From sequence record PQ471460.1: a DNA stretch of 64,000 bases. The stretch is one strand, 5' to 3'. The DNA is from Escherichia phage vB_EcoM_JE01. A program made the translations under genes and the position numbers. The notes below the pieces were generated by a model. The model was not told the origin of the DNA, searched no databases, and worked only from the letters and a program-made list of their open reading frames with translations. Below are positions 48,544 through 61,368 of the stretch, piece by piece; positions within the stretch are counted from its first letter, which is position 1, and each line of letters opens with the position of its first letter.

Positions 48544-48589
48544 ACAACTATCGGCAATACTGCTGATGATGATTAAAGAGGAAAATAAC

Positions 48590-48817
48590 ATGGCTAAAAT
48601 TGATATTGATGTTGTTGATTTTGAATATATTGAAGAAATTATTCGTAATCGTTATCCTGAACTCCGTATCATAAGCGCACTAAATGATCCTAATTGCAAT
48701 GTTTCAGTTGTTATTGAAGGTCCTTTAAATCGTCTTAAACAATTTATGGTTAATGAATATTGTGACGGTATGGATGCTGAAGATGTAGAATTTTACACAG
48801 GATTTATTGAGCAGTAA
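48590..48817 (+). CDS. Hypothetical protein (75 aa)
   Basis: ATG 48590 with GAGGAAAA RBS. Confidence 0.45.
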   Translation: MAKIDIDVVDFEYIEEIIRNRYPELRIISALNDPNCNVSVVIEGPLNRLKQFMVNEYCDGMDAEDVEFYTGFIEQ

Positions 48818-48824
48818 TTATTAA

Positions 48825-48840
48825 GGGGCTATCAAGCCCC
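48825..48840 (+). other. Intercistronic hairpin
   Basis: GGGGCT-ATCA-AGCCCC. Confidence 0.45.
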
Positions 48841-48861
48841 TATTAAAATGAGGAAAACACA

Positions 48862-49227
48862 ATGTATATTGGTAGAAAATATGAACTTGTTCCAAGACTT
48901 ATTGATACATTTATTAATTATCGCCCGCGTTCTAATTCATCAATAGTTAAAATTATTCAAGAAAATGGCGGATGGTTTGAAGTTAAAGAAGCTTTCTTTG
49001 CTGATGGATTTAGAGTAATAAAACACATTGAATGCGCTAATGGAAAGCATTTTTACTTCAACGTCTGTGAAGACGAATTTCATTGTTTCCGCGAGTATAA
49101 AGAACTGACTTCTGAAGAAGATGAAGTCGAAGACAAGATTTCTGGCGTAACAAAAATTCACTGCATTGTAGACGAAAACAATGTAGATGAAATCATTGAA
49201 CTTTTGCGAAAAACTTTCAAAAAGTAG
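48862..49227 (+). CDS. Hypothetical protein (121 aa)
   Basis: ORF with GAGGAAAA RBS. Confidence 0.45.
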   Translation: MYIGRKYELVPRLIDTFINYRPRSNSSIVKIIQENGGWFEVKEAFFADGFRVIKHIECANGKHFYFNVCEDEFHCFREYKELTSEEDEVEDKISGVTKIHCIVDENNVDEIIELLRKTFKK

Positions 49228-49256
49228 TTTACAGAAGGGTAGTAGTGTGATACTAT
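49227..49256 (+). promoter_or_regulatory. T4-type early promoter (IR-flanked -10)
   Basis: GTTTAC 49227-49232, TACTAT 49251-49256; imperfect 9-bp inverted repeat GGGTAGTAG/CTATTACCC at 49237-49245 and 49253-49261. Confidence 0.55.
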
Positions 49257-49281
49257 TACCCTATCAACTAAGGAGAATAAA

Positions 49282-49524
49282 ATGAGATTACAACGTCAGA
49301 GCATCAAAGATTCAGAAGTTAAAGGTAAATGGTATTTTAATATCATCGGTAAAGATTCTGAACTTGTTGAAAAAGCTGAACATCTTTTACGTGACATGGG
49401 GTGGGAAGATGAATGTGATGGATGCCCTCTTTATGAAGATGGAGAAAGCGCAGGATTCTGGATTTACCATTCTGACGTTGATCAGTTTAAAGCTGATTGG
49501 AAAATTGTGAAAAAGTCTATTTGA
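49282..49524 (+). CDS. Hypothetical protein (80 aa)
   Basis: ORF. Confidence 0.4.
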   Translation: MRLQRQSIKDSEVKGKWYFNIIGKDSELVEKAEHLLRDMGWEDECDGCPLYEDGESAGFWIYHSDVDQFKADWKIVKKSI

Positions 49525-49534
49525 GGAAAATAAT

Positions 49535-49777
49535 ATGATTTTTGTATTTGAATTTATGAATGATGAATTCGATTATGCAATTTTTAACGCATTGCATAAT
49601 CCTGATTTAAATGAATTTAATGAAATGTTTTCTGACGCTTTGAGTATGTCAGAAGAATACTGCGGAGAATGTCAACGTGTTTGTGTGACAGTCTTTGAAA
49701 ACAAAGAAAAGACATATGAAGAATTATTCTTTGACGCTAATAAAGCCACTGAATGGTTTATTGAAAGGGGATTTTGA
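49535..49777 (+). CDS. Hypothetical protein (80 aa)
   Basis: ORF. Confidence 0.4.
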   Translation: MIFVFEFMNDEFDYAIFNALHNPDLNEFNEMFSDALSMSEEYCGECQRVCVTVFENKEKTYEELFFDANKATEWFIERGF

Positions 49778-50365
<588 letters not shown>

Positions 50366-50385
50366 AATAACACGTGGCGGAAAAT

Positions 50386-50733
50386 ATGAGCTTTAATTAT
50401 TACCCTATTCTATTAGAAAAAGACGCGAAACAACCAAAATGGCAGGGTCCTCAGTTTATTAAAGGTGTCTATCAATTAGTAGTTCCTAAAGACAAAATTT
50501 ATAGCAGTTGTTTCACTGAATCCGCTTGCAGTATTTTTGGTAATAGTTCTCCGTATTGGAATTTTGATATAAAGCTGGATAGAAATATCGATATTTGGTT
50601 GAAAGCTATGGATATTGGCAATATCACGTTTGATGAGAATAATTATCATATTATTGGTCGTTTTTCCAAACGTGGTAAAGAATTATATTTCATGCCTGAA
50701 ATTGAAAGAAAATTTGACGCTAAACCGTATTGA
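50386..50733 (+). CDS. Hypothetical protein (115 aa) inserted between frd and td
   Basis: ATG 50386; ORF-track frame 50374..50733 uses a GTG start. Confidence 0.45.
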   Translation: MSFNYYPILLEKDAKQPKWQGPQFIKGVYQLVVPKDKIYSSCFTESACSIFGNSSPYWNFDIKLDRNIDIWLKAMDIGNITFDENNYHIIGRFSKRGKELYFMPEIERKFDAKPY

Positions 50734-50778
50734 TTATTTAGCTTCATAAAATGTATTATAATTTATATAAGGTACTAA

Positions 50779-51327
50779 ATGAAACAATACCAAGATTTAA
50801 TTAAAGACATTTTTGAAAATGGCTATGAAACCGATGACCGAACAGGCACAGGAACAATTGCTTTGTTCGGTACTAAATTACGCTGGGATTTAACTAAAGG
50901 TTTTCCTGCGGTAACAACTAAGAAGCTCGCCTGGAAAGCTTGCATTGCTGAGCTAATATGGTTTTTATCGGGAAGCACAAATGTCAATGATTTACGATTA
51001 ATTCAGCATGATTCATTAATTCAAGGCAAAACAGTCTGGGATGAAAATTACGAAAATCAAGCAAAAGATTTAGGATACCATAGCGGTGAACTTGGTCCAA
51101 TTTATGGAAAACAGTGGCGTGATTTTGGTGGTGTAGACCAAATTGTAGAAGTTATTGATCGTATTAAAAAACTACCAAATGATAGGCGTCAAATTGTTTC
51201 TGCGTGGAATCCAGCTGAACTTAAATATATGGCATTACCGCCTTGTCATATGTTCTATCAGTTTAATGTGCGTAATGGCTATTTGGATTTGCAGTGGTAT
51301 CAAAGAAGTGTAGATGTTTTCTTGGGT
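50779..51327 (+). CDS. td: Thymidylate synthase, exon 1 (183 codons)
   Basis: TS N-terminal domain; reading frame hits the in-frame TAA that is the first triplet of the group I intron. Confidence 0.9.
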
Positions 51328-52343
51328 TAATTGAGGCCTGAGTATAAGGTGACTTATACTTGTAATCTATCTAAACGGGGAAACTCTCTAGTAGACAATC
51401 CCGTGCTAAATTGTAGGACCACCCTTTAATAAATACCTTTATATTTAAAGAGGTATTTATGAAAAGTGGAATTTATCAGATTAAAAATACTTTAAACAAT
51501 AAAGTATATGTAGGAAGTGCTAAAGATTTTGAAAAGAGATGGAAGAGGCATTTTAAAGACTTAGAAAAAGGATGCCATTCTTCTATAAAACTTCAAAGGT
51601 CTTTTAACAAACACGGTAATGTGTTTGAATGCTCTATTTTGGAAGAAATTCCATATGAGAAAGATTTGATTATTGAACGAGAAAATTTTTGGATTAAAGA
51701 GCTTAATTCTAAAATTAATGGATATAATATTGCTGATGCAACGTTTGGTGATACATATTCTGTGCATCCATTAAAAGAAGAAATTATTAAGAAACGTTCT
51801 GAAACTGTTAAAGCTAAGATGCTTAAGCTTGGAACTGATGGTCGGAAAGCTCTTTACGGTAAACCCGGAAGTAAAAACGGACGATGGAATCCAGAAAAAC
51901 ACAAATTTTGTAAGTGCGGTGTTCGTATACAAACTTCTGCTTATACTTGTAGTAAATGCAGAAATCGTTCAGGTGAAAATAATTCATTCTTTAATCATAA
52001 GCATTCAGACATAACTAAATCTAAAATATCAGAAAAGATGAAAGGTAAAAAGCCTAGTAATATTAAAAAGATTTCATGTGATGGGGTTATTTTTGAATGT
52101 GCAGCTGACGCAGCTAGACATTTTGAAATTTCATCCGGATTAGTTACTTACCGTGTAAAATCTGATAAGTGGAATTGGTTCTACATAAATGCCTAACGAC
52201 TATCCCTTTAGGGAGTAGGGTCAAGTGACTCGAAACGATAGACAACTTGCTTTAACAAGTTGGAGATATAGTCTGCTCTGTATGGTGACATGCAGCTGGA
52301 TATAATTCCGGGATAAGATTAACGACCTTATCTGAACATAATG
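51328..52343 (+). mobile_element. td group I self-splicing intron (1016 nt) carrying the I-TevI homing endonuclease gene
   Basis: Begins TAATTGAGGCCTGAGTATAAGGTGACTTATAC..., ends ...GGGATAAGATTAACGACCTTATCTGAACATAATG; TS frame resumes at 52344; length and sequence match the T4 td intron as I recall it. Confidence 0.9.
51459..52196 (+). CDS. I-TevI GIY-YIG homing endonuclease (245 aa), intron-encoded
   Basis: GIY-YIG motif GIYQIKN...KVYVGSA; 245 aa inside the td intron. Confidence 0.9.
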   Translation: MKSGIYQIKNTLNNKVYVGSAKDFEKRWKRHFKDLEKGCHSSIKLQRSFNKHGNVFECSILEEIPYEKDLIIERENFWIKELNSKINGYNIADATFGDTYSVHPLKEEIIKKRSETVKAKMLKLGTDGRKALYGKPGSKNGRWNPEKHKFCKCGVRIQTSAYTCSKCRNRSGENNSFFNHKHSDITKSKISEKMKGKKPSNIKKISCDGVIFECAADAARHFEISSGLVTYRVKSDKWNWFYINA

Positions 52344-52655
52344 CTTCCATTCAACATTGCATCATATGCTGCATTAGTTCATATTGTAGCTAAGATGTGT
52401 AATCTTATTCCAGGAGATTTGATATTTTCTGGTGGTAATACTCATATCTATATGAATCACGTAGAACAATGTAAAGAAATTTTGCGTCGTGAACCTAAAG
52501 AGCTCTGTGAACTGGTAATAGGCGGATTGCCTTATAAATTCCGCTATCTTTCTACTAAAGAACAATTGGAATACATTCTTAAACTCAGGCCTAAAGATTT
52601 CGTTCTCAAAGATTATCAGTCCCATGGTGTCTTGAAAGGAAAAATGGCGGTGTAA
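52344..52655 (+). CDS. td: Thymidylate synthase, exon 2 (103 codons)
   Basis: LPFNIASYAALVHIVAKMCNL... continues TS C-terminal domain; exon1+exon2 = 286 aa. Confidence 0.9.
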   Translation, partial: LPFNIASYAALVHIVAKMCNLIPGDLIFSGGNTHIYMNHVEQCKEILRREPKELCELVIGGLPYKFRYLSTKEQLEYILKLRPKDFVLKDYQSHGVLKGKMAV

Positions 52656-52678
52656 TTTTAATTTAATTGAGAGGATAT

Positions 52679-52942
52679 ATGATTTTACGATTTAAGGATA
52701 CTTCTGGTGTCGTTCTTTTTACACTTCCTAACCCAAGTGAGTTAGAAGTTCCAGGACCAAATCAGCCTATTATCATTTATGGCAAAAAATATTATACTCA
52801 TAAAATGACCCGTGAGTATTTTGATAATAAAATTTCCACAGTTAAAACTTCTTCTGACTGTTATTATGATATTACTGTTTTAACGGAAAAACAATATGAC
52901 GAATTATCACCGCACGGGCCGTCTATGCCAGGTAGTGAATAA
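52679..52942 (+). CDS. Hypothetical protein (87 aa)
   Basis: ATG 52679 with GAGGA RBS. Confidence 0.4.
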   Translation: MILRFKDTSGVVLFTLPNPSELEVPGPNQPIIIYGKKYYTHKMTREYFDNKISTVKTSSDCYYDITVLTEKQYDELSPHGPSMPGSE

Positions 52943-53222
52943 ATATAAATCCGACTTTGATGTTAATATTCACCGTGGTACATTTTGGGGAAATTACGTC
53001 GGTAAAGATGCTGGCAGCCGGGAGGCTGCCATTGAATTATTCAAAAAAGATTTTATACGTCGAATTAAATCCGGAGAAATAACTAAAGCACATTTAGAGC
53101 CTTTACGTGGAATGAGGCTAGGATGCACATGTAAACCAAAGCCGTGTCATGGTGATATAATAGCTCATATAGTTAACCGATTGTTTAAAGACGATTTTCA
53201 AGTTGAGGACTTATGCAATTAA
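52896..53222 (+). CDS. Hypothetical protein (108 aa)
   Basis: ORF overlapping neighbours. Confidence 0.4.
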   Translation: MTNYHRTGRLCQVVNKYKSDFDVNIHRGTFWGNYVGKDAGSREAAIELFKKDFIRRIKSGEITKAHLEPLRGMRLGCTCKPKPCHGDIIAHIVNRLFKDDFQVEDLCN

Positions 53223-55477
53223 TTAATGTTATCAAAAGTAGTGGTGTTTCTCAGAGCTTTGACCCGCAAAAAATTATTAAAGTTTTATCTTGGGCAGCTG
53301 AAGGAACATCTGTAGATCCTTATGAATTATATGAAAATATTAAATCATATCTCCGTGATGGAATGACAACTGATGACATTCAGACTATTGTCATTAAGGC
53401 TGCTGCGAATTCTATTTCAGTTGAAGAGCCTGATTATCAATACGTAGCCGCTCGCTGTTTAATGTTTGCTCTTCGTAAGCATGTTTACGGACAATATGAA
53501 CCACGTTCATTTATTGACCATATTTCTTACTGTGTAAATGAAGGTAAATATGACCCTGAACTGCTGTCAAAATATTCAGCAGAAGAAATTACATTTTTAG
53601 AATCAAAAATTAAGCACGAGCGGGATATGGAATTTACTTATTCCGGGGCGATGCAATTAAAAGAAAAATATCTCGTTAAAGATAAAACCACTGGTCAAAT
53701 TTATGAAACTCCGCAGTTTGCATTTATGACTATTGGAATGGCATTGCATCAAGATGAACCCGTTGATAGACTAAAACACGTTATTCGTTTTTATGAAGCA
53801 GTATCTACTCGACAGATTTCACTGCCAACTCCTATTATGGCTGGTTGTCGTACTCCAACTCGGCAGTTTAGTTCATGCGTTGTTATTGAGGCAGGTGATT
53901 CGCTGAAGTCTATCAATAAGGCTTCCGCTTCAATTGTTGAGTATATTTCTAAACGAGCTGGAATTGGCATTAACGTTGGTATGATTCGTGCCGAAGGTTC
54001 TAAGATTGGCACAGGTGAAGTGCGTCATACTGGTGTTATTCCTTTTTGGAAACATTTTCAGACTGCTGTTAAATCATGCTCACAGGGTGGAATTCGTGGC
54101 GGCGCTGCTACTGCTTATTATCCTATTTGGCATTTGGAAGTTGAAAATCTTCTCGTTTTGAAAAATAACAAAGGCGTAGAAGAAAACCGTATTCGTCATA
54201 TGGATTATGGCGTTCAACTGAATGACCTAATGATGGAACGATTCGGAAAGAACGACTACATTACCTTGTTCAGTCCGCATGAAATGGGTGGCGAGCTTTA
54301 TTATTCTTATTTTAAAGACCAAGACCGTTTCCGTGAATTATATGAAGCCGCAGAAAAAGACCCTAATATTCGTAAAAAGCGTATTAAAGCCCGTGAACTG
54401 TTTGAATTGCTCATGACTGAACGATCAGGAACAGCAAGGATTTATGTACAGTTCATTGATAATACGAATAACTATACTCCATTTATTCGTGAAAAGGCAC
54501 CTATTCGTCAGAGTAACTTGTGTTGTGAAATTGCTATTCCAACAAATGATGTGAATAGTCCTGATGCTGAAATTGGATTGTGTACCCTTAGCGCATTCGT
54601 GTTGGATAACTTCGATTGGCAAGACCAAGATAAAATTAATGAATTAGCAGAAGTTCAAGTTCGCGCTCTTGATAATCTTTTGGATTACCAAGGATATCCA
54701 GTTCCTGAAGCAGAAAAAGCTAAAAAGCGTCGAAATCTTGGTGTAGGTGTTACTAACTATGCAGCTTGGCTGGCAAGTAACTTTGCTTCTTATGAAGATG
54801 CTAACGATTTAACACATGAACTATTTGAGAGATTACAGTATGGACTCATTAAAGCATCCATTAAGCTCGCCAAAGAAAAAGGACCTTGCGAATATTATTC
54901 AGACACTCGTTGGTCTCGAGGCGAATTACCTATCGACTGGTACAATAAAAAGATTGACCAAATCGCAGCTCCAAAATACGTTTGTGACTGGTCGTCGCTG
55001 CGGGAAGACCTTAAGCTCTTTGGCATCCGTAATAGCACATTATCAGCACTTATGCCATGTGAGTCATCTTCCCAAGTTTCTAACAGTACAAACGGTATCG
55101 AGCCTCCACGTGGACCAGTCTCTGTTAAAGAATCAAAAGAGGGTTCCTTTAATCAAGTCGTGCCCAATATTGAGCATAACATAGACCTCTATGATTATAC
55201 GTGGAAATTAGCTAAGAAAGGCAATAAACCTTATCTTACGCAGGTAGCTATTATGCTGAAATGGGTATGTCAATCAGCTTCAGCGAATACATATTATGAC
55301 CCGCAGATTTTTCCAAAAGGAAAGGTTCCAATGTCTGTAATGATTGATGACCTTTTGTACTTTTGGTATTTTGGCGGAAAAAATTTCTATTATCATAATA
55401 CCCGCGACGGTTCTGGTACTGATGATTATGAAATAGAAACTCCAAAAGCTGAAGATTGTTCATCCTGTAAATTATGA
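53213..55477 (+). CDS. nrdA: Aerobic ribonucleotide reductase large subunit NrdA (754 aa)
   Basis: ATP-cone N-terminus and class I RNR catalytic core; 754 aa. Confidence 0.9.
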   Translation: MQLINVIKSSGVSQSFDPQKIIKVLSWAAEGTSVDPYELYENIKSYLRDGMTTDDIQTIVIKAAANSISVEEPDYQYVAARCLMFALRKHVYGQYEPRSFIDHISYCVNEGKYDPELLSKYSAEEITFLESKIKHERDMEFTYSGAMQLKEKYLVKDKTTGQIYETPQFAFMTIGMALHQDEPVDRLKHVIRFYEAVSTRQISLPTPIMAGCRTPTRQFSSCVVIEAGDSLKSINKASASIVEYISKRAGIGINVGMIRAEGSKIGTGEVRHTGVIPFWKHFQTAVKSCSQGGIRGGAATAYYPIWHLEVENLLVLKNNKGVEENRIRHMDYGVQLNDLMMERFGKNDYITLFSPHEMGGELYYSYFKDQDRFRELYEAAEKDPNIRKKRIKARELFELLMTERSGTARIYVQFIDNTNNYTPFIREKAPIRQSNLCCEIAIPTNDVNSPDAEIGLCTLSAFVLDNFDWQDQDKINELAEVQVRALDNLLDYQGYPVPEAEKAKKRRNLGVGVTNYAAWLASNFASYEDANDLTHELFERLQYGLIKASIKLAKEKGPCEYYSDTRWSRGELPIDWYNKKIDQIAAPKYVCDWSSLREDLKLFGIRNSTLSALMPCESSSQVSNSTNGIEPPRGPVSVKESKEGSFNQVVPNIEHNIDLYDYTWKLAKKGNKPYLTQVAIMLKWVCQSASANTYYDPQIFPKGKVPMSVMIDDLLYFWYFGGKNFYYHNTRDGSGTDDYEIETPKAEDCSSCKL

Positions 55478-55528
55478 TATAATTTGACTCACGGACGAGT
55501 CACTATCTATTAACTAAGCGGAAAATTT

Positions 55529-56707
55529 ATGAGCACAGTTTTTAATACAAACCCAGTTGATGTTTTAAAAGAACCTATGTTCTTCGGTTCAGGTCTTGGT
55601 ATTGCGCGTTATGATATTCAACGTCATAAAGTTTTTGAAGATTTAACCGAAAAGCAGTTGTCATTTTTCTGGCGTCCTGAAGAAGTAAACTTAATGATGG
55701 ATGCTGCACAATTTAACAAGCTTCCTCAATATCAGCAAGATATTTTTACTAATAATCTGAAGTATCAATCACTTCTAGATAGCATTCAGGGTCGTGCGCC
55801 ATCTGCTGTACTTATGTCATTAATTTCAGACCCAAGTCTTGATACATGGGTTGCTACATGGACTTTTAGTGAAACTATTCACAGTCGTTCATATACTCAT
55901 ATCATGCGAAATCTTTATACTGATCCATCGAAGGTATTTGATGAGATTGTACTAGATGAAGCTATCATGAAACGTGCTGAATCTATCGGTCGCTATTATG
56001 ATGATGTTCTGACTAAAACCCGTGAATGGGAAAATGCTAAAGAATTTACAGAACTAGCTAAAGAATCTCCTGATGCTGTTTTTCGTTTAAATCGAGCTAT
56101 TAAACAAGAAGCCGAAGCTAAACGAGCACTAATGAAATCTCTTTACCTCTGTTTGCACGTTATTAATGCCTTAGAAGCTATTCGTTTTTATGTATCTTTT
56201 GCATGTACCTTTAACTTCCATAAGAACATGGAAATCATGGAAGGTAATGCCAAGATTATGAAGTTCATTGCACGTGATGAGCAGCTTCACCTTAAAGGCA
56301 CACAATATATTATTCGTCAACTTCAATCCGGTACTGATGGCGATGAATGGGTTAAAATTGCTCAAGAGTGTGAACAAGAAGCAGTTGATATTTTCATGGA
56401 AGTTAACCGCCAAGAAAAAGATTGGGCAGTTCATTTATTTAAAGATGGCGATGTTCCTGGATTAAATACAAATAGCATGTGGAGCTTTATTGATTACTTA
56501 ACTGTATCTCGTATGAAACAGTGCGGTCTTCCATGCCCAATTACCGATGCTCCGGTTAAACATCCATATCCTTGGATTCGTGAATATCTTAATTCTGATA
56601 ATGTTCAATCCGCGCCACAAGAAGTAGAACTGTCATCTTACCTTGTTGCACAGATTGATAATGATGTTGATGATAAAGTTATGATGAGTTTTAAAAAATA
56701 CTTTTAA
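55529..56707 (+). CDS. nrdB: Ribonucleotide reductase small subunit NrdB (392 aa), intron-less
   Basis: Single continuous ORF with the di-iron/tyrosyl-radical ferritin-like fold; no intervening sequence. Confidence 0.9.
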   Translation: MSTVFNTNPVDVLKEPMFFGSGLGIARYDIQRHKVFEDLTEKQLSFFWRPEEVNLMMDAAQFNKLPQYQQDIFTNNLKYQSLLDSIQGRAPSAVLMSLISDPSLDTWVATWTFSETIHSRSYTHIMRNLYTDPSKVFDEIVLDEAIMKRAESIGRYYDDVLTKTREWENAKEFTELAKESPDAVFRLNRAIKQEAEAKRALMKSLYLCLHVINALEAIRFYVSFACTFNFHKNMEIMEGNAKIMKFIARDEQLHLKGTQYIIRQLQSGTDGDEWVKIAQECEQEAVDIFMEVNRQEKDWAVHLFKDGDVPGLNTNSMWSFIDYLTVSRMKQCGLPCPITDAPVKHPYPWIREYLNSDNVQSAPQEVELSSYLVAQIDNDVDDKVMMSFKKYF

Positions 56708-56712
56708 GGAGT

Positions 56713-56726
56713 GGGCCGCAAGGCCC
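56713..56726 (+). other. Hairpin after nrdB
   Basis: GGGCC-GCAA-GGCCC followed by ATTTTATT. Confidence 0.45.
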
Positions 56727-56734
56727 ATTTTATT

Positions 56735-58322
<1,588 letters not shown>

Positions 58323-58325
58323 GCT

Positions 58326-58355
58326 GTTTACAAGTCCCTCGTGTTGTGTTATAGT
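58326..58355 (+). promoter_or_regulatory. T4-type early promoter
   Basis: GTTTAC 58326-58331, 18-bp spacer, TATAGT 58350-58355. Confidence 0.55.
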
Positions 58356-58386
58356 AGACTTACTGACATAACATGAGGACTTTATG

Positions 58387-58890
58387 ATGGATTTACAGCT
58401 TATTACTACTGAAATGGTCGTTGAAGCATATGGTGATACTACAGATGGGATTTCTGTATTTAAAGGAAATCGTCGAGTTGGATATATCACCGATCTTAAG
58501 AAAGATTTAGCTAAGCAAGTCAAGCGGAAAACGACCATTAAAGAATATCGAAATCGTCGTCTTGAGCAAGCCCGTGATATGCTTCCTGATGCGGTTGAGG
58601 AGATGAAAGTCTTTTTAGAAAATCAGCTTGCGAAATATGATTGTGATGTGTTCATTAATCAGACTCAACCTAATGTTCATATCAATAATTGTAAATGCTA
58701 CATCATCGTTAATCCTTTGACGGGAAAACATCGTCTTGGAATTAGTAATCCAAATCGTAGTGCATCAGATATGGCAGAAGATGTTGAGGCATGCTTTAAA
58801 ATTTCTAAATCTCCGGCTGAACATCATATTTTAATTAACGGTCTTTCTCAAGACGATATTGTAGAGGTTATTAAAACTTTATGCAATTAA
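58387..58890 (+). CDS. alc: Alc transcription terminator for cytosine DNA (167 aa)
   Basis: 167 aa between rnlA and pseT region, as T4 alc. Confidence 0.7.
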   Translation: MDLQLITTEMVVEAYGDTTDGISVFKGNRRVGYITDLKKDLAKQVKRKTTIKEYRNRRLEQARDMLPDAVEEMKVFLENQLAKYDCDVFINQTQPNVHINNCKCYIIVNPLTGKHRLGISNPNRSASDMAEDVEACFKISKSPAEHHILINGLSQDDIVEVIKTLCN

Positions 58891-59234
58891 GTAATACGAC
58901 AGCAGGTTTGTTATTAATTGTAATTGCATTGGGCGGAACTTCTTTAATTTTAAAAAATAAAATTGAAAGATTAGAAACGTCTGTTGTAGAAATTACAAAA
59001 ACGGCCAATGAAAACGCTTTAGCATTAGATAATTTGCGAATTCAGTATAATTATATTGATGCGATGAATAATAAAAATCGTGAGGCAATTGCTGCTATTG
59101 AGCGTGAAAATGAAAAACTGCGCAAAGACGCAAAGAAGGCGGATGTGGTGGCTCATAAGCCAGGATTGGTTGAAAAACAAATCAACAACTCCTTCAACAA
59201 GTTCGCAGAAGACATCCAGGACCTTTCTAAATGA
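58881..59234 (+). CDS. Hypothetical membrane-anchored coiled-coil protein (117 aa)
   Basis: N-terminal TM segment then coiled-coil-like sequence. Confidence 0.4.
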   Translation: MQLSNTTAGLLLIVIALGGTSLILKNKIERLETSVVEITKTANENALALDNLRIQYNYIDAMNNKNREAIAAIERENEKLRKDAKKADVVAHKPGLVEKQINNSFNKFAEDIQDLSK

Positions 59235-59530
59235 TTAAACTATCGGCAGTAATATTATCTATTGGTCTTCTAGTTGGTTGTTCGACAAAGCCTCTAGAAG
59301 TAAAGAAAGAAACAGTTCATCCTAATTGGCCTGTGCAAATAAAGTCATATGACGAAGCTAAACTATCTTGGCAAGTTAAAGTTATTGATGGTAAAGCTTG
59401 GGTCGGTATGCCATTTGAAGATTCCCAGGAATTTCGCATTTGGCTTAATGATGTAAAACGATATGTACATGACCAGAAAACTATGATATGTTATTATCGT
59501 CAAGAGCTAAAAGAGGATAAATGTAAATGA
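59231..59530 (+). CDS. Hypothetical lipoprotein (99 aa)
   Basis: Signal peptide with lipobox LVGC. Confidence 0.4.
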   Translation: MIKLSAVILSIGLLVGCSTKPLEVKKETVHPNWPVQIKSYDEAKLSWQVKVIDGKAWVGMPFEDSQEFRIWLNDVKRYVHDQKTMICYYRQELKEDKCK

Positions 59531-59753
59531 TTTCATGGCATCAATTTGAACATCTCAAAGGATTGATTTATGAATCCGAGATGGCTGCAATGATTTATGG
59601 ACGCCAGATTCAACGATTAGAATCTTTGCCTCCAACTAATGATGTTTTATTAGCTCAATCACGCGCTAATCTTAAAAATGAATACCAAAATAAGTGGGGT
59701 AAAGCATCTAAAGACCTGCATGATTATATTCAATCATTGGTTGAGAAAAATAA

Positions 59754-59757
<4 letters not shown>
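59527..59757 (+). CDS. Hypothetical protein (76 aa)
   Basis: ORF, ATGA coupling. Confidence 0.35.
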
Positions 59758-60975
<1,218 letters not shown>

Positions 60976-60976
<1 letters not shown>

Positions 60977-61173
60977 TGGCTTTGCATCATGAAACTTGGG
61001 CTATTGTTATTGTAAATAGCGGTTTAGTTGGTACTAGTAATGGGCAATTTTGTGTATTCACTAGTGAAATTAGAGCTTGGGAGGAATGTCTTAAATTAAG
61101 AGAAAAGAATCCTGATGTTGAACTAACAGTAAAGAAAACTAAACTGCCTTTACCATGGAAAACTTATGAATAA
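60976..61173 (+). CDS. Hypothetical protein (65 aa)
   Basis: ORF. Confidence 0.35.
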
Positions 61174-61366
61174 CATAGAAAAGATTTATCGACTTTGTGA
61201 TAAAATTGAAAAAGAAAAGAAATATCTATTTTGTTTATGGCCTATTGTTGATGGAAGAGTAGGCTTAGATGTTCTTGATTATGAAACAGAAGACAAAGTA
61301 GATGGTTCAGTTTTTGATAACGCTTTGGATGTTATTGATTGGCTTGAAGAAAATTATGTGAGGTAA
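61166..61366 (+). CDS. Hypothetical protein (66 aa)
   Basis: ORF. Confidence 0.35.
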   Translation: MNNIEKIYRLCDKIEKEKKYLFCLWPIVDGRVGLDVLDYETEDKVDGSVFDNALDVIDWLEENYVR

Positions 61367-61368
61367 AT

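Noticed and set aside
50730-50762. Possible promoter upstream of td (AGCTTCA ... TATAAT)
   Set aside because: MotA-box match has a mismatch at a conserved position and the spacing is short (12 nt); no GTTTAC element; insufficient support
51328-51330. Apparent premature stop truncating thymidylate synthase at 183 aa
   Set aside because: The TAA is the first triplet of the group I intron; the TS frame resumes at 52344 after a 1016-nt intron, so td is intact, not a pseudogene
55478-55528. Possible mobE-type endonuclease gene or nrdB intron
   Set aside because: nrdA and nrdB are separated by only 51 nt and nrdB is a single continuous ORF; neither element is present
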